From contig JAHFFW010000004.1 in NCBI GenBank assembly GCA_023247725.1, forward strand, positions 19,921 through 83,920: a stretch of DNA of 64,000 bases, in the 5' to 3' direction. Shown here piece after piece: positions 1-9,036 of this stretch. Position numbers and translations under genes: made by a program. Origin of the DNA: Candidatus Omnitrophota bacterium (lineage in GTDB: Bacteria; Omnitrophota; Gorgyraeia; Zapsychrales; JAHFFX01). Position 1 is the first letter of the stretch. Each line of letters begins with the position of its first letter. Under the pieces are notes generated by a model. That model was not told the DNA's origin, ran no database searches, and saw only the letters and a list, made by a program, of their open reading frames with translations.

Positions 1-246
1 TTGGTCATCTCGATTAATACCATTCATAATCTCCCGTTCGAAGAATGCAAGCAGGCGTTGCGGGAAATTGGGCGGGTCACGCGCCAGGATGCGTTTATTA
101 CCATCGATGCTTTTCGTACTCCCCAAGAGAAACGGTTGATGGATATGTGGAATCTAACCGCCAAAACCTATATGTCCGTCGATGATTGGATCAGTCTCTT
201 TAAAGTGGTGGGATACAAGGGTGATTACTACTGGTTTATTCCTTAA
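1..246 (+). CDS. Class I SAM-dependent methyltransferase, C-terminal fragment (5' truncated by window)
   Basis: VISINTIHNL...ALREIGRV matches the post-motif-II region of Methyltransf_11/25 enzymes; ORF is open at the window edge. Confidence 0.75.
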   Translation: MVISINTIHNLPFEECKQALREIGRVTRQDAFITIDAFRTPQEKRLMDMWNLTAKTYMSVDDWISLFKVVGYKGDYYWFIP

Positions 247-249
247 TCG

Positions 250-1287
250 ATGAAGACGCGTGCGGCCATCTTATATCAGCTAAATGCCCCCTTGGTCATT
301 GATGACATTGAGATCCCGGCTTTGCAGAAAGGGCAAGTCTTGGTCCGGATTTTGTACAGCGGGATCTGCCGGGCGCAGTGGAACGAAATGATCGGCCTTA
401 AAGGCCCGGATCGGTATTTGCCGCATTTGTTGGGACATGAGGGAGCGGCGATCGTGGAAGATTCAGGCCCCGGTGTGCATAAAGTCAAACCCGGAGATTA
501 CATCGCCTTGTCATGGATTAAAGGCGATGGGTTGGAAGCCCCGCGTTCTTTTTATCGACGGGGAAAAGAAGTCATTAATGCCGGAGCGGTTACGACCTTT
601 AGCGACTACGCGGTTGTTGCGGAAAACCGTTTAACTAAAATCTCGAAAAAAATCCCACCCAAGGTCGCGGCCATCATCGGTTGTGCCATTGTCACGGGTT
701 TTGGCATTGTTCATCATACCTTGCAGGTTAAAAAGGGAAACGCCATCGTGGTTTTGGGGGCCGGCGGAATTGGCGCGAGCGTCATCATGGCGGCGAGGCT
801 GGCTGGCTGTGCACAAATTCTTGCCCTCGATCCCGAGCCATGGAAACTCCAATTTGCCAAAAAGGTAGGCGCAACGCATGGAATTTTGTTTCGAGACAAT
901 AATCTTTTGGAAAAAATTCAAAAAATTGTTCCGCGGGGAGCGGATTACGCCATCGATGCATCCGGCAATAAAGCCGCCATGGAGCTGGGATTTGCCTGCA
1001 TTCATTCTCACGGCGTCATGGTCATTGCTGGAAATTTGGGAAAGGATGAAAAAATTTGTCTTCATCCTTTCGAATTGATCAAAGGCAAACGGATCGTCGG
1101 GACATGGGGAGGAGAAGCAATCCCGCAAAAGGATATTCCCTTTTATGTCAAAGAATATTGCGCCGGCCGACTTGCGCTTGGAAAACTCATCACCCATGAA
1201 TTTGATTTGGATCAAATCAATCAGGCCTTTAAGGTTCTTTGCGGCGGGAAGGCCGGCCGCATCGTTTTAAGAAACTCTGGGAGCTAG
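250..1287 (+). CDS. Zn-dependent (MDR) alcohol dehydrogenase
   Basis: GICR catalytic Cys, GHEG motif, GAGGIG NAD-binding loop; the 4-Cys structural Zn lobe is absent. Confidence 0.9.
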   Translation: MKTRAAILYQLNAPLVIDDIEIPALQKGQVLVRILYSGICRAQWNEMIGLKGPDRYLPHLLGHEGAAIVEDSGPGVHKVKPGDYIALSWIKGDGLEAPRSFYRRGKEVINAGAVTTFSDYAVVAENRLTKISKKIPPKVAAIIGCAIVTGFGIVHHTLQVKKGNAIVVLGAGGIGASVIMAARLAGCAQILALDPEPWKLQFAKKVGATHGILFRDNNLLEKIQKIVPRGADYAIDASGNKAAMELGFACIHSHGVMVIAGNLGKDEKICLHPFELIKGKRIVGTWGGEAIPQKDIPFYVKEYCAGRLALGKLITHEFDLDQINQAFKVLCGGKAGRIVLRNSGS

Positions 1288-1298
1288 GCTCAACGTCT

Positions 1299-2270
1299 AT
1301 GGCGGAAAAATTATTAACCCATTCGCTTAAAAAAGATTTATTGGCCCAGATGATCCGCATCCGCCAGCTCGAGGAAAAGATTGTGGAGGTTTACGGCGAA
1401 GGCCACATGCGCACGCCTTCGCACCTTTCGATCGGACAGGAGGCCGTATCCGTTGGGGTTTGCCAGGTGCTCAAAGAGGGTGATCAAATCTTTGCATCCC
1501 ACCGCTGTCATGCGGCGTTTTTGGCCAGGGGCGGAACGACCGAAAGTTTTTTTGCCGAATTATGCGGCCGAGCCGCCGGCAGCAATAACGGTCGCGGCGG
1601 TTCGGCCCATTTGGCCTTTGCTTCGGGGGGAATGTATGCATCTCCTATTCTGGGCGCGATGATTCCCGTCGCTGTCGGCGCGGCTTTGGCTGCGGCCATG
1701 GATCACTCGAAACAGATCTCGGTCGCCTTTTTAGGGGATGCGGCTATTGAAGAAGGCGTCTTTGCCGAAAGCCTCAATTTTGCCATCATCAAAAAGCTTC
1801 CTGTTTTCTTTGTCTGTGAAAACAATCTGTATTCGACCCATGCGCATATCCGCGACCGTCAACCGGCCTGCGCCATTTACCGTCGGGTGGCCGGGCAGGG
1901 GATTGCAACCAAACAGCTCGACGGCAATGATGTGGAAAAGGTTTATACCAGTGCGCTCGCCGCAATACAGGCCTGCCGCAGGGGCACGGGGCCGGTTTTT
2001 TTGGAATATCTGACCTATCGCTATCGGGAGCACGTTGGTCCTTTGTATGATTACGACAAGGGGTACCGCACGAAAAAGGAAGTGGAGGCTTGGCAAAAAA
2101 AATGCCCGATTGAAGCTTATCGAAAAAAATTGATTAGACAGAAAATATCGACGGAACAAGAATTTATCAGACTACAACAACAATTTTCACAAGAAGCCGA
2201 ACGAGCTTATCGGAAGGCCTTAGAAAGTCCATTCCCCGAGCCGGCCACCCTTTTGGATCACGTTTATTAG
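1299..2270 (+). CDS. ThDP-dependent dehydrogenase E1 alpha-like subunit
   Basis: HLSIGQEA, GRGGSAH, GDAA...ENN ThDP motif, YRYREHVG; start moved to ATG 1299, after the ADH stop. Confidence 0.9.
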   Translation: MAEKLLTHSLKKDLLAQMIRIRQLEEKIVEVYGEGHMRTPSHLSIGQEAVSVGVCQVLKEGDQIFASHRCHAAFLARGGTTESFFAELCGRAAGSNNGRGGSAHLAFASGGMYASPILGAMIPVAVGAALAAAMDHSKQISVAFLGDAAIEEGVFAESLNFAIIKKLPVFFVCENNLYSTHAHIRDRQPACAIYRRVAGQGIATKQLDGNDVEKVYTSALAAIQACRRGTGPVFLEYLTYRYREHVGPLYDYDKGYRTKKEVEAWQKKCPIEAYRKKLIRQKISTEQEFIRLQQQFSQEAERAYRKALESPFPEPATLLDHVY

Positions 2271-2278
2271 GAACACGA

Positions 2279-3058
2279 ATGCCCCAAGCCCCCCAAATTG
2301 AATGGCACGAACAATGGAGCCTGTTCAGAAAGCCAGAGATTCCTTTCCTTTTTGAGGAATGGATTTTTCCTAATAAACTGGAGGATTTTAGGGGTAAATC
2401 GGTTTTGGAATGCGGCTGCGGGGGAGGACAACACACCGCCTTAATGGCTCCGTTTGCCAATAAAATCGTCGCGGTTGATCTCAATACGATCGATCTGGCC
2501 AAAGATCTCAATCGTGATGCCCAGAATATAGTTTTTCGGCAAGAAAATATCCTGGATATGAATTTAGGCGAAGAGTTTGACATTGTGCTTTCGATCGGTG
2601 TGATCCACCACACGGATCATCCGGAAAAAGCCGTTGAAAACCTAAAAAGGCACCTTTCCAGAGGCGGCAGGATTATATTGTGGGTTTATAGTCAAAAGGG
2701 AAACTTCCTGATGAAGCATTTGGTTGAACCAGCGAGAAGGCTTATCTTTAAAAAATTAAGTCGGAGAAACCTAAAATTTTTTTCCCAAGGGATCACCTTA
2801 CTACTGTATGTGCCGGTTTATTCCCTTTATCTTTTCCCTTTGCCTTTCTTGCCTTATTTTGGATATTTTAAAAATTTTAGAAGATTACCTTTTTATCGTA
2901 ATACCTTGAACATTTTTGATAAACTCAATGCGCCTCAGGTCGATTTTATTAGCAAGAAGCGAATTCAAACATGGTTTAGTGAAGCCGAATTTAAAGATAT
3001 CCATGTGAGTCCTTATGTTGGCGTCAGCTGGAGAATCAGCGCCACCAGAAAAATTTAA
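2279..3058 (+). CDS. Class I SAM-dependent methyltransferase
   Basis: VLECGCGGG motif I, FDIVLSIGVIHH, GGRIILWVY. Confidence 0.9.
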   Translation: MPQAPQIEWHEQWSLFRKPEIPFLFEEWIFPNKLEDFRGKSVLECGCGGGQHTALMAPFANKIVAVDLNTIDLAKDLNRDAQNIVFRQENILDMNLGEEFDIVLSIGVIHHTDHPEKAVENLKRHLSRGGRIILWVYSQKGNFLMKHLVEPARRLIFKKLSRRNLKFFSQGITLLLYVPVYSLYLFPLPFLPYFGYFKNFRRLPFYRNTLNIFDKLNAPQVDFISKKRIQTWFSEAEFKDIHVSPYVGVSWRISATRKI

Positions 3059-5823
3059 TGTCCGTCCTCATTCACTCCTATTACGGCAAATTCAAATCTT
3101 CATCCAGCCTAAAATCCTGCCTGTTTATTCTGTTGTCAGCGACGGTGTCTTATGTGGTGATGGGCTTTGTCTATCCTGAGCTTTTGTTTCGGCATGAATT
3201 GAGTTTCCTTTGGCAAAACGACGGCGGCATTCTCAAGGAGAGCCTTTTCACGTTCGTGTCTAATGCTCTTCACGGCGGTGTTCAGCTGTGGAATCGCTAC
3301 GATGAGATGAATTATGCCTATCTGTATCTCAGTCATGGAATTCAAACACTGGTCAACATCTTGACGGGTTGGACGTACCTATTGTTGTCGCCTTTTTTCG
3401 CCGAGCCGGGAAAGGCCCTGCATATTTTTTATTGCAGCGTTTTTCATTTCTTTCTCATCCTGATTCGGACTGCCGGCGGGTATCTGCTGCTGAGAAAATT
3501 TCGTTGCCATCCTTTGGTGATCTTTGTATCCTTGCTCATCCTCAATACCCTTTTGACCAGCCATATGTACGTGGGCTACACCCCGTCTAATCTATACAGT
3601 TATTTTTTGCTGCTGGCTTATTTTCTGTTGCGCTTCTTTGACCGTTTTCATTTGAAAGATTTCTTATGTTCCTTGCTGGTGATGGCGATGGCTTGCGCCA
3701 ATTCTTTATTATTGGCCTTAGGGTATTTTTATCAGGTCGTGCATTTTTTTATGGTTGGATGTTTTGTATTCAATTTTGGCCAGTTCAAGGCCACCATGAG
3801 CAAATTCAAACAGGGTTTCACCCAATCCAACTTATGGCGGGTCCTGGGCGTCCTGTCGGTGTGCATTCTTCTCACGCTGCCTTGTTTATACTTGGCCCGG
3901 TCTTTAAAAAAGGATTTTTACATTCCGAATTCCGGACTGGGGGATACCAAAGGGAGGATGAAGATGGGATTGAATCCTTTGGAATATTTTAAGCCCGCCG
4001 GGAAATCCTTTGCCAATCCCTGGGACTGGCCGGTTAAAGCCGTGGATTTTGAACACAACGACTGGGCGGGGTCCTGGTTATTTCTGGGGGCCAGTGTGTT
4101 ATGGTTTTCCTTGATCGGTCTTGTCTTCTCAAAACATCGGGAAAAACATATCTTTCTTTGGTCCGCGATTGGTATTCTCTCGGTGAATTTTCCGCAAGAC
4201 CCCCATTCATTTTTTTCCCTTGGCCATTGGCTCAACGCCTTAACGAATCCTTTTCGGTTTTTGCTGCGAAGTTTTCACATGTCGAGTTTACTCATGCCCT
4301 TGTTGTTCTTTCCGTTGGTCGCCTTCGGATTACAGGCCTTAAAGGAATTACTGAGTCAAAATTCTGAATCAACTTATGCGGATCGGGTTCCGGTCGCCAT
4401 GGTCACTGTCATGGCGATCGTCGTTGCCTTTAGCTTTTTGCTCCCCTTTACCGCAAAGGTCCATACGATCCTGAGCGGAATCATCTTCTTGGCGATCTTG
4501 GTCTTCATCCACCATCGACCCCTGATCACGGCGCAAAAGCCATTTTTAAAAATTTTAAACACGAATCTGATTTTGGTTTTTTTGATTATCTCGACGGTCG
4601 CAGTGGACTTAAAGGCCCTTTGTATTTATATGCACCAGGAGTATTATCAAGGCCGAACGTTAACCCCTATGCATTACGTCGGTTTAGATGATCCCGACCC
4701 CGTTCTCCTGGAATACCAAAATCCGTTCCTCTTGCCGTTCCGGGAGTATTATTCCTTCAGCAAAAAAGACGTGAAGCCCTTTGCCATCTTTCAAATAGGA
4801 AATCTTTTTTACCAAGAGCATTCCGCAAAGGGCCTGGTCGCCTATGGGCTTTTGATCGGTTGTCCGGGACTTTTTTTCCAGTACACGCCCTTGGAAAGAT
4901 ATACCCGCACGGTTATGATTTATAACCCCTTTCATTGGTCTTACCGAAATATTTATGATGATCCCGAAATCGAAGAATACCTCGCTCGGGATAAACGATT
5001 CCTGTATCTAGCCGATTATGCCATCGATGCTGAACATGGTAGCCTCGGTGAAATCCTGAATCGGAATTTGGATAGAAAGGTGATCCTGGTCGAAGGCCAG
5101 GGGGGGGAACGATGGGTCAAGCATTTGCAAAACCTGGCCGATTTAAGTCAAAACATGTTGAAGGGTCCGGAAGAAGAACCGGTTTATCGGTCCTGGGAGT
5201 TTCCTTTTTCGCCATCCCGCGTTCGGCAGCAGGGCGATTTTAAAAAATACATTTTTGACCTGCCAAAGGATTTTCCGTCGTACCTTTCGACCACTATTTT
5301 TACTGATGATCGGCTTAGCTGGCAGTTAAAGATCGGCGATCATGAACTCCTTCCCGTGCAAGGAAGTCTTAACCCTTGGACGTTCGATGTTCAAAATGTT
5401 CGGCAGGGCAAGCTAGCGATTCTTCTTCCTAAGGATTTTAATACTTCGGGGATAACCGCTATGCTGAAGGTCAAATTGCCAGAGGGAATATCTGATATTT
5501 GGCGCAATGCCTACGATGATTTTGGGTTCAACTACCGGGCGCCGCGTGACGGATGGTTGGTCGTGCATTATCCATTCGATTCTAAATGGAGTTTATCCGT
5601 CGATGGAAAACCCTCGCCAATTGCTAAAGTCAACGGGTACTTTATCGGGACCCCCCTCTCCAAAGGGGAACACAGAATTCTTTTGCGTTACTGGCCCGGT
5701 ACGCCTTTGCGGATCATGATTTTTATTTCGATCATCCTAACGGTCCTCGTCTTTTTTGGTTTGATCATTAAGGGGATTCGTTGGGAGAATGACTTGTTAA
5801 GGGAAGCCATTATCCGTCGATGA
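3058..5823 (+). CDS. YfhO-like multipass membrane protein (putative GT-C glycosyltransferase)
   Basis: Many hydrophobic helices, LWN motif in the first loop, C-terminal GWLVVHYPFDSKW...VDGK...GEHRILLRY typical of YfhO-type C-termini. Confidence 0.65.
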   Translation: MSVLIHSYYGKFKSSSSLKSCLFILLSATVSYVVMGFVYPELLFRHELSFLWQNDGGILKESLFTFVSNALHGGVQLWNRYDEMNYAYLYLSHGIQTLVNILTGWTYLLLSPFFAEPGKALHIFYCSVFHFFLILIRTAGGYLLLRKFRCHPLVIFVSLLILNTLLTSHMYVGYTPSNLYSYFLLLAYFLLRFFDRFHLKDFLCSLLVMAMACANSLLLALGYFYQVVHFFMVGCFVFNFGQFKATMSKFKQGFTQSNLWRVLGVLSVCILLTLPCLYLARSLKKDFYIPNSGLGDTKGRMKMGLNPLEYFKPAGKSFANPWDWPVKAVDFEHNDWAGSWLFLGASVLWFSLIGLVFSKHREKHIFLWSAIGILSVNFPQDPHSFFSLGHWLNALTNPFRFLLRSFHMSSLLMPLLFFPLVAFGLQALKELLSQNSESTYADRVPVAMVTVMAIVVAFSFLLPFTAKVHTILSGIIFLAILVFIHHRPLITAQKPFLKILNTNLILVFLIISTVAVDLKALCIYMHQEYYQGRTLTPMHYVGLDDPDPVLLEYQNPFLLPFREYYSFSKKDVKPFAIFQIGNLFYQEHSAKGLVAYGLLIGCPGLFFQYTPLERYTRTVMIYNPFHWSYRNIYDDPEIEEYLARDKRFLYLADYAIDAEHGSLGEILNRNLDRKVILVEGQGGERWVKHLQNLADLSQNMLKGPEEEPVYRSWEFPFSPSRVRQQGDFKKYIFDLPKDFPSYLSTTIFTDDRLSWQLKIGDHELLPVQGSLNPWTFDVQNVRQGKLAILLPKDFNTSGITAMLKVKLPEGISDIWRNAYDDFGFNYRAPRDGWLVVHYPFDSKWSLSVDGKPSPIAKVNGYFIGTPLSKGEHRILLRYWPGTPLRIMIFISIILTVLVFFGLIIKGIRWENDLLREAIIRR

Positions 5824-7223
5824 ATAGTTCTTACGATTACTGTGTAGTAGGCGCCGGACCCAGCGGATTAACCGCGGCCTACCAGTTGCTTAAGGCCGGA
5901 CATTCTGTGATTCTTTTGGAGCGGGACAGCCGAATCGGCGGCCTGGCCAAAAGTTATAACTATGACGGTCATGTTTTTGACACGGGACCGAAGCGTTTCC
6001 ATACCGAGGACCCCATCGTTCTTGATTTTATTAAGGAAATCATCCAGGATTCCGTCCTGCAGATTTCCCGCTCGACGGAGGTTTATTTCCTTAAGAAATA
6101 TTTCGAATGGCCTTTGAAAACCCGCGAGTTGTTCAAAATGCCCTGGCCGGTCATTGGGCGTTGCGCCGTTGATTTGATCAAAGCGAAAAAAATACAGGAT
6201 CCTCATTCCTTCCGGGAATTTATCATCTCCAAATATGGTCCAACTCTGTACGAAATCTTTTTCGCTCCTTACACGGGAAAGTTCCTGCGCTGGGATCCTA
6301 AGGATATTCATTCCGACTGGGCTTCGACGGGAATCAACCGGACGGTCATCGACAAACGGATCAAAACCAACACCTTATTGGATATTCTCAAGGTCCTCGT
6401 TTTGCCCGAGAAGGTCGACACGCATTTTCTTTATCCCATGCAAGGAGGATTCGGCGGGTTTTATGAGCGCCTGCTCGCGCGGTGTCAAGAGTATCCGCAG
6501 TTTTCGCTTTTGCTCAATAACTCCGTCGGCCAATTGACGAAGGAGGAGGAGAGCTTGGGCATTCGGACCAAAGACGGAAAATCCATTTCTTGCACTCACC
6601 TCATCTGGAGCGGAAACCTCAATTATTTGGCCAATCTTATTGCTTCGCAGCAGAATGTCCACTACCTCAATACGATTTTTTATAATTTGATCTGCCGTCA
6701 GGAGGGGATCAGTCATCAGCGTTCGCAGTGGATTTACGTCAGCCGCGGCGACAGCTTGATCAGCCGCATCACGTGTATGAAAGAATTTGCTCCCTACACC
6801 TGCAAAAATGGCTACTATAACGTGATCTGTGAATTGACCGATTCGCAGGCAAAACCTTTTTATTTTCTTAATCCCGAACGGTATAAAGACAAAATCCTGG
6901 AGGAACTCAAAGGCATGGCCTTCTTAAAAGATTCCCGGTTTGTTGAAGGCGTTCAGATCAATCCTGTCGTTGATACGTATCCGGTTTACCACCGTCACTA
7001 CACCCGGGATTTTGCCTCGATCGCCGGTCAGGTGAAGAAATTTTCTCCCCGGATTCATCTCTTAGGCCGTTGCGGGGCCTTCTGGTATAATAATTCCGAT
7101 CATTCCATTCGGTTTGCAATTGAGCTGACCCATAAATTGCTGGGCAAAAAAGAACAGGAATTTGCCTACCGGGATTATTTTGGCGGAACCAGCCTCCGCG
7201 CCGCTCATCCCCAAGGAGAATAA
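5820..7223 (+). CDS. FAD-dependent oxidoreductase, UDP-galactopyranose mutase-like
   Basis: GAGPSG...ERDSRIGG FAD motif, FDTGPKRF, C-terminal GRCGAFWYNNSDHS. Confidence 0.75.
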   Translation: MNSSYDYCVVGAGPSGLTAAYQLLKAGHSVILLERDSRIGGLAKSYNYDGHVFDTGPKRFHTEDPIVLDFIKEIIQDSVLQISRSTEVYFLKKYFEWPLKTRELFKMPWPVIGRCAVDLIKAKKIQDPHSFREFIISKYGPTLYEIFFAPYTGKFLRWDPKDIHSDWASTGINRTVIDKRIKTNTLLDILKVLVLPEKVDTHFLYPMQGGFGGFYERLLARCQEYPQFSLLLNNSVGQLTKEEESLGIRTKDGKSISCTHLIWSGNLNYLANLIASQQNVHYLNTIFYNLICRQEGISHQRSQWIYVSRGDSLISRITCMKEFAPYTCKNGYYNVICELTDSQAKPFYFLNPERYKDKILEELKGMAFLKDSRFVEGVQINPVVDTYPVYHRHYTRDFASIAGQVKKFSPRIHLLGRCGAFWYNNSDHSIRFAIELTHKLLGKKEQEFAYRDYFGGTSLRAAHPQGE

Positions 7224-7275
7224 TAATTGATAAGGTGGATGATTTCCTCAGCGTTTTGTAGTACATTGAAGTCAG

Positions 7276-7457
7276 CCCTTCGACTTCGCTCAGGGTTGAT
7301 GCTAATAGGGAAGTCGAAGCATCAACCCTTCGATGCTCCCTGGCCTGAAAGGCCGTCTCTCGCACCCCGGGGGTGAGAGACGGGCATAAAGATCCTCTCA
7401 CCCCCGGGGTGCGAGGGTGGGCTATCGCCGGTAACGGCGGGCCGGGGAAGCGTCAAG
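7276..7457. repeat. Composite nested palindromic (REP/MITE-like) element
   Basis: AGGGTTGATGCT(7292-7303)/AGCATCAACCCT(7318-7329) IR; perfect 21-bp IR 7359-7379/7395-7415; imperfect outer IR GATGCTCCCTGGCC/GGCCGGGGAAGCGTC. Confidence 0.8.
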
Positions 7458-7482
7458 GCCTTTATTCGTAAGGATCAGATCA

Positions 7483-8991
7483 ATGAACATTCTTTTTATT
7501 CAAAATAATGGGATCCAGGAATCCGTCGGCGTTGCCAATCTCTCCGGTATGCTCAAGGCTTATGGGCATAAAACCGATCTCTTATTGACCTCCCACACGC
7601 CCAATTTAGAGAAGGCGATTTCCGAATTTGGTCCGCATCTCATTGCCCTTTCCGGCTTGACGGGCGTCCATCATTCCCTGACCTCATTGGCCCAAAGAAT
7701 CAAAACGAAATTCCCCATTCCTGTCGTGATGGGGGGACCGCATCCAACTTACTCTCCGGAGGTCATTGAACACCCGGGCATTGATTTTATTTGCCGGGGA
7801 GAAGGCGAGCACGCGATGCTGGAATTGGCCAATAGCTTAGAAGCCGATCGCGATGTGACCAAAATCCAAAACCTTTGGGTCAAAACCAAGGAGGGAACGA
7901 TCCACAAAAATGACATGCGGGCTCCGGCTGTCTTGGATGAATTGCCTTTTTCCGACCGGGAGATGTATTACAAGTATCCTTTTTTGCGGGACGTGCCGAT
8001 GAAACGGTTCATCGCCAGCATGGGCTGTCCTTATCCTTGTACCTTTTGCCATGAACCGGTTATCCGCGGAATGTACCGCGGCAAAGGCAATTATGTCCGG
8101 CGCAAATCCGTGGCCCGCGCCATCGCTGAGATCAAATACATCCAGGACCGCTACCCTCTCAAACATGTGCATTTTTCCGACGATCTATTTTTTATCCGCA
8201 ATGCCTATGAATGGCTCGAAGAATTCGCCGAGGTTTATCCCAAAGAAATTGGCCTGCCCTTTTCCTGCAACATCCGTTATGATTCCGTCGTTGAGCACTC
8301 GGCGAATCTGCTCAAAAAAGCCGGCGCTTATGGCGTCGCCATCGGGCTCGAATCCGGCAGCGAACAACTGCGCCAGGTCGTCATTAAGAAAATGGTGAAG
8401 AATGAGCATATGGTCGAAGGGGCAAGATTGCTGCGGGAACGCGGCATTAAGATGCTCACGACCAATATGATTGGCCTGCCCGGAGAAACGCTGGATCAGG
8501 CCTTTGAAACGGTGGAGCTCAACATGAAGCTCAAATCGAACTTCACCCGGGCGAATACCTTTTTGCTTTTTCCAGGATTGCCCATGGTGGATTACGCCAT
8601 GCGCAATGGTTTTGTGGATCCCAACTTCGATATTCAAAAGCATGTGGCCGAGGCGACGGAGATTAACCTCAAGACCCCCTTTGCCAAGGAATTTCGTAAT
8701 CTCGCGTCCTTATTCTGGGTTTTTGTCAAATTCCCTCCCCCATTCATTCCGCTCTTTAAAAAAATCGTGCGCTGGCCGGATAATGTTTTCTTTCGCATGA
8801 TTGGCTCGATGAATATGATCCAGGAACTGTTGTTTTACCGGATCCGCCCCATTTCGGGATTCAAATTTTTTAAAAACACGGTCCTGATCTCCAAAGAGAT
8901 GACCTTGCGCAACATCCCCAGCTTGTTTAAGCCGAAGAAAATCTCGCCCGAAGAGAAACTTATTTTTGATAGCGACCGAGGATATTTATAG
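7483..8991 (+). CDS. Cobalamin-binding radical SAM enzyme (class B-like)
   Basis: GGPHPT and RGEGE of the B12-binding domain, CPYPCTFC cluster motif, GLESG, IGLPGET. Confidence 0.92.
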   Translation: MNILFIQNNGIQESVGVANLSGMLKAYGHKTDLLLTSHTPNLEKAISEFGPHLIALSGLTGVHHSLTSLAQRIKTKFPIPVVMGGPHPTYSPEVIEHPGIDFICRGEGEHAMLELANSLEADRDVTKIQNLWVKTKEGTIHKNDMRAPAVLDELPFSDREMYYKYPFLRDVPMKRFIASMGCPYPCTFCHEPVIRGMYRGKGNYVRRKSVARAIAEIKYIQDRYPLKHVHFSDDLFFIRNAYEWLEEFAEVYPKEIGLPFSCNIRYDSVVEHSANLLKKAGAYGVAIGLESGSEQLRQVVIKKMVKNEHMVEGARLLRERGIKMLTTNMIGLPGETLDQAFETVELNMKLKSNFTRANTFLLFPGLPMVDYAMRNGFVDPNFDIQKHVAEATEINLKTPFAKEFRNLASLFWVFVKFPPPFIPLFKKIVRWPDNVFFRMIGSMNMIQELLFYRIRPISGFKFFKNTVLISKEMTLRNIPSLFKPKKISPEEKLIFDSDRGYL

Positions 8992-9036
8992 GTCTTGCTC
9001 ACGTTTTATCGATAACGAGCCTAAGCCGGCCGACCG

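Noticed and set aside
6958-7401. 147-aa minus-strand ORF
   Set aside because: Starts in the palindromic repeat and runs antisense to the flavoprotein gene
7276-7457. Possible CRISPR array or tRNA in the structured intergenic regions (also 48775-48886 and 50441-50720)
   Set aside because: No regularly spaced direct repeats, no cas genes, no cloverleaf or T-loop consensus
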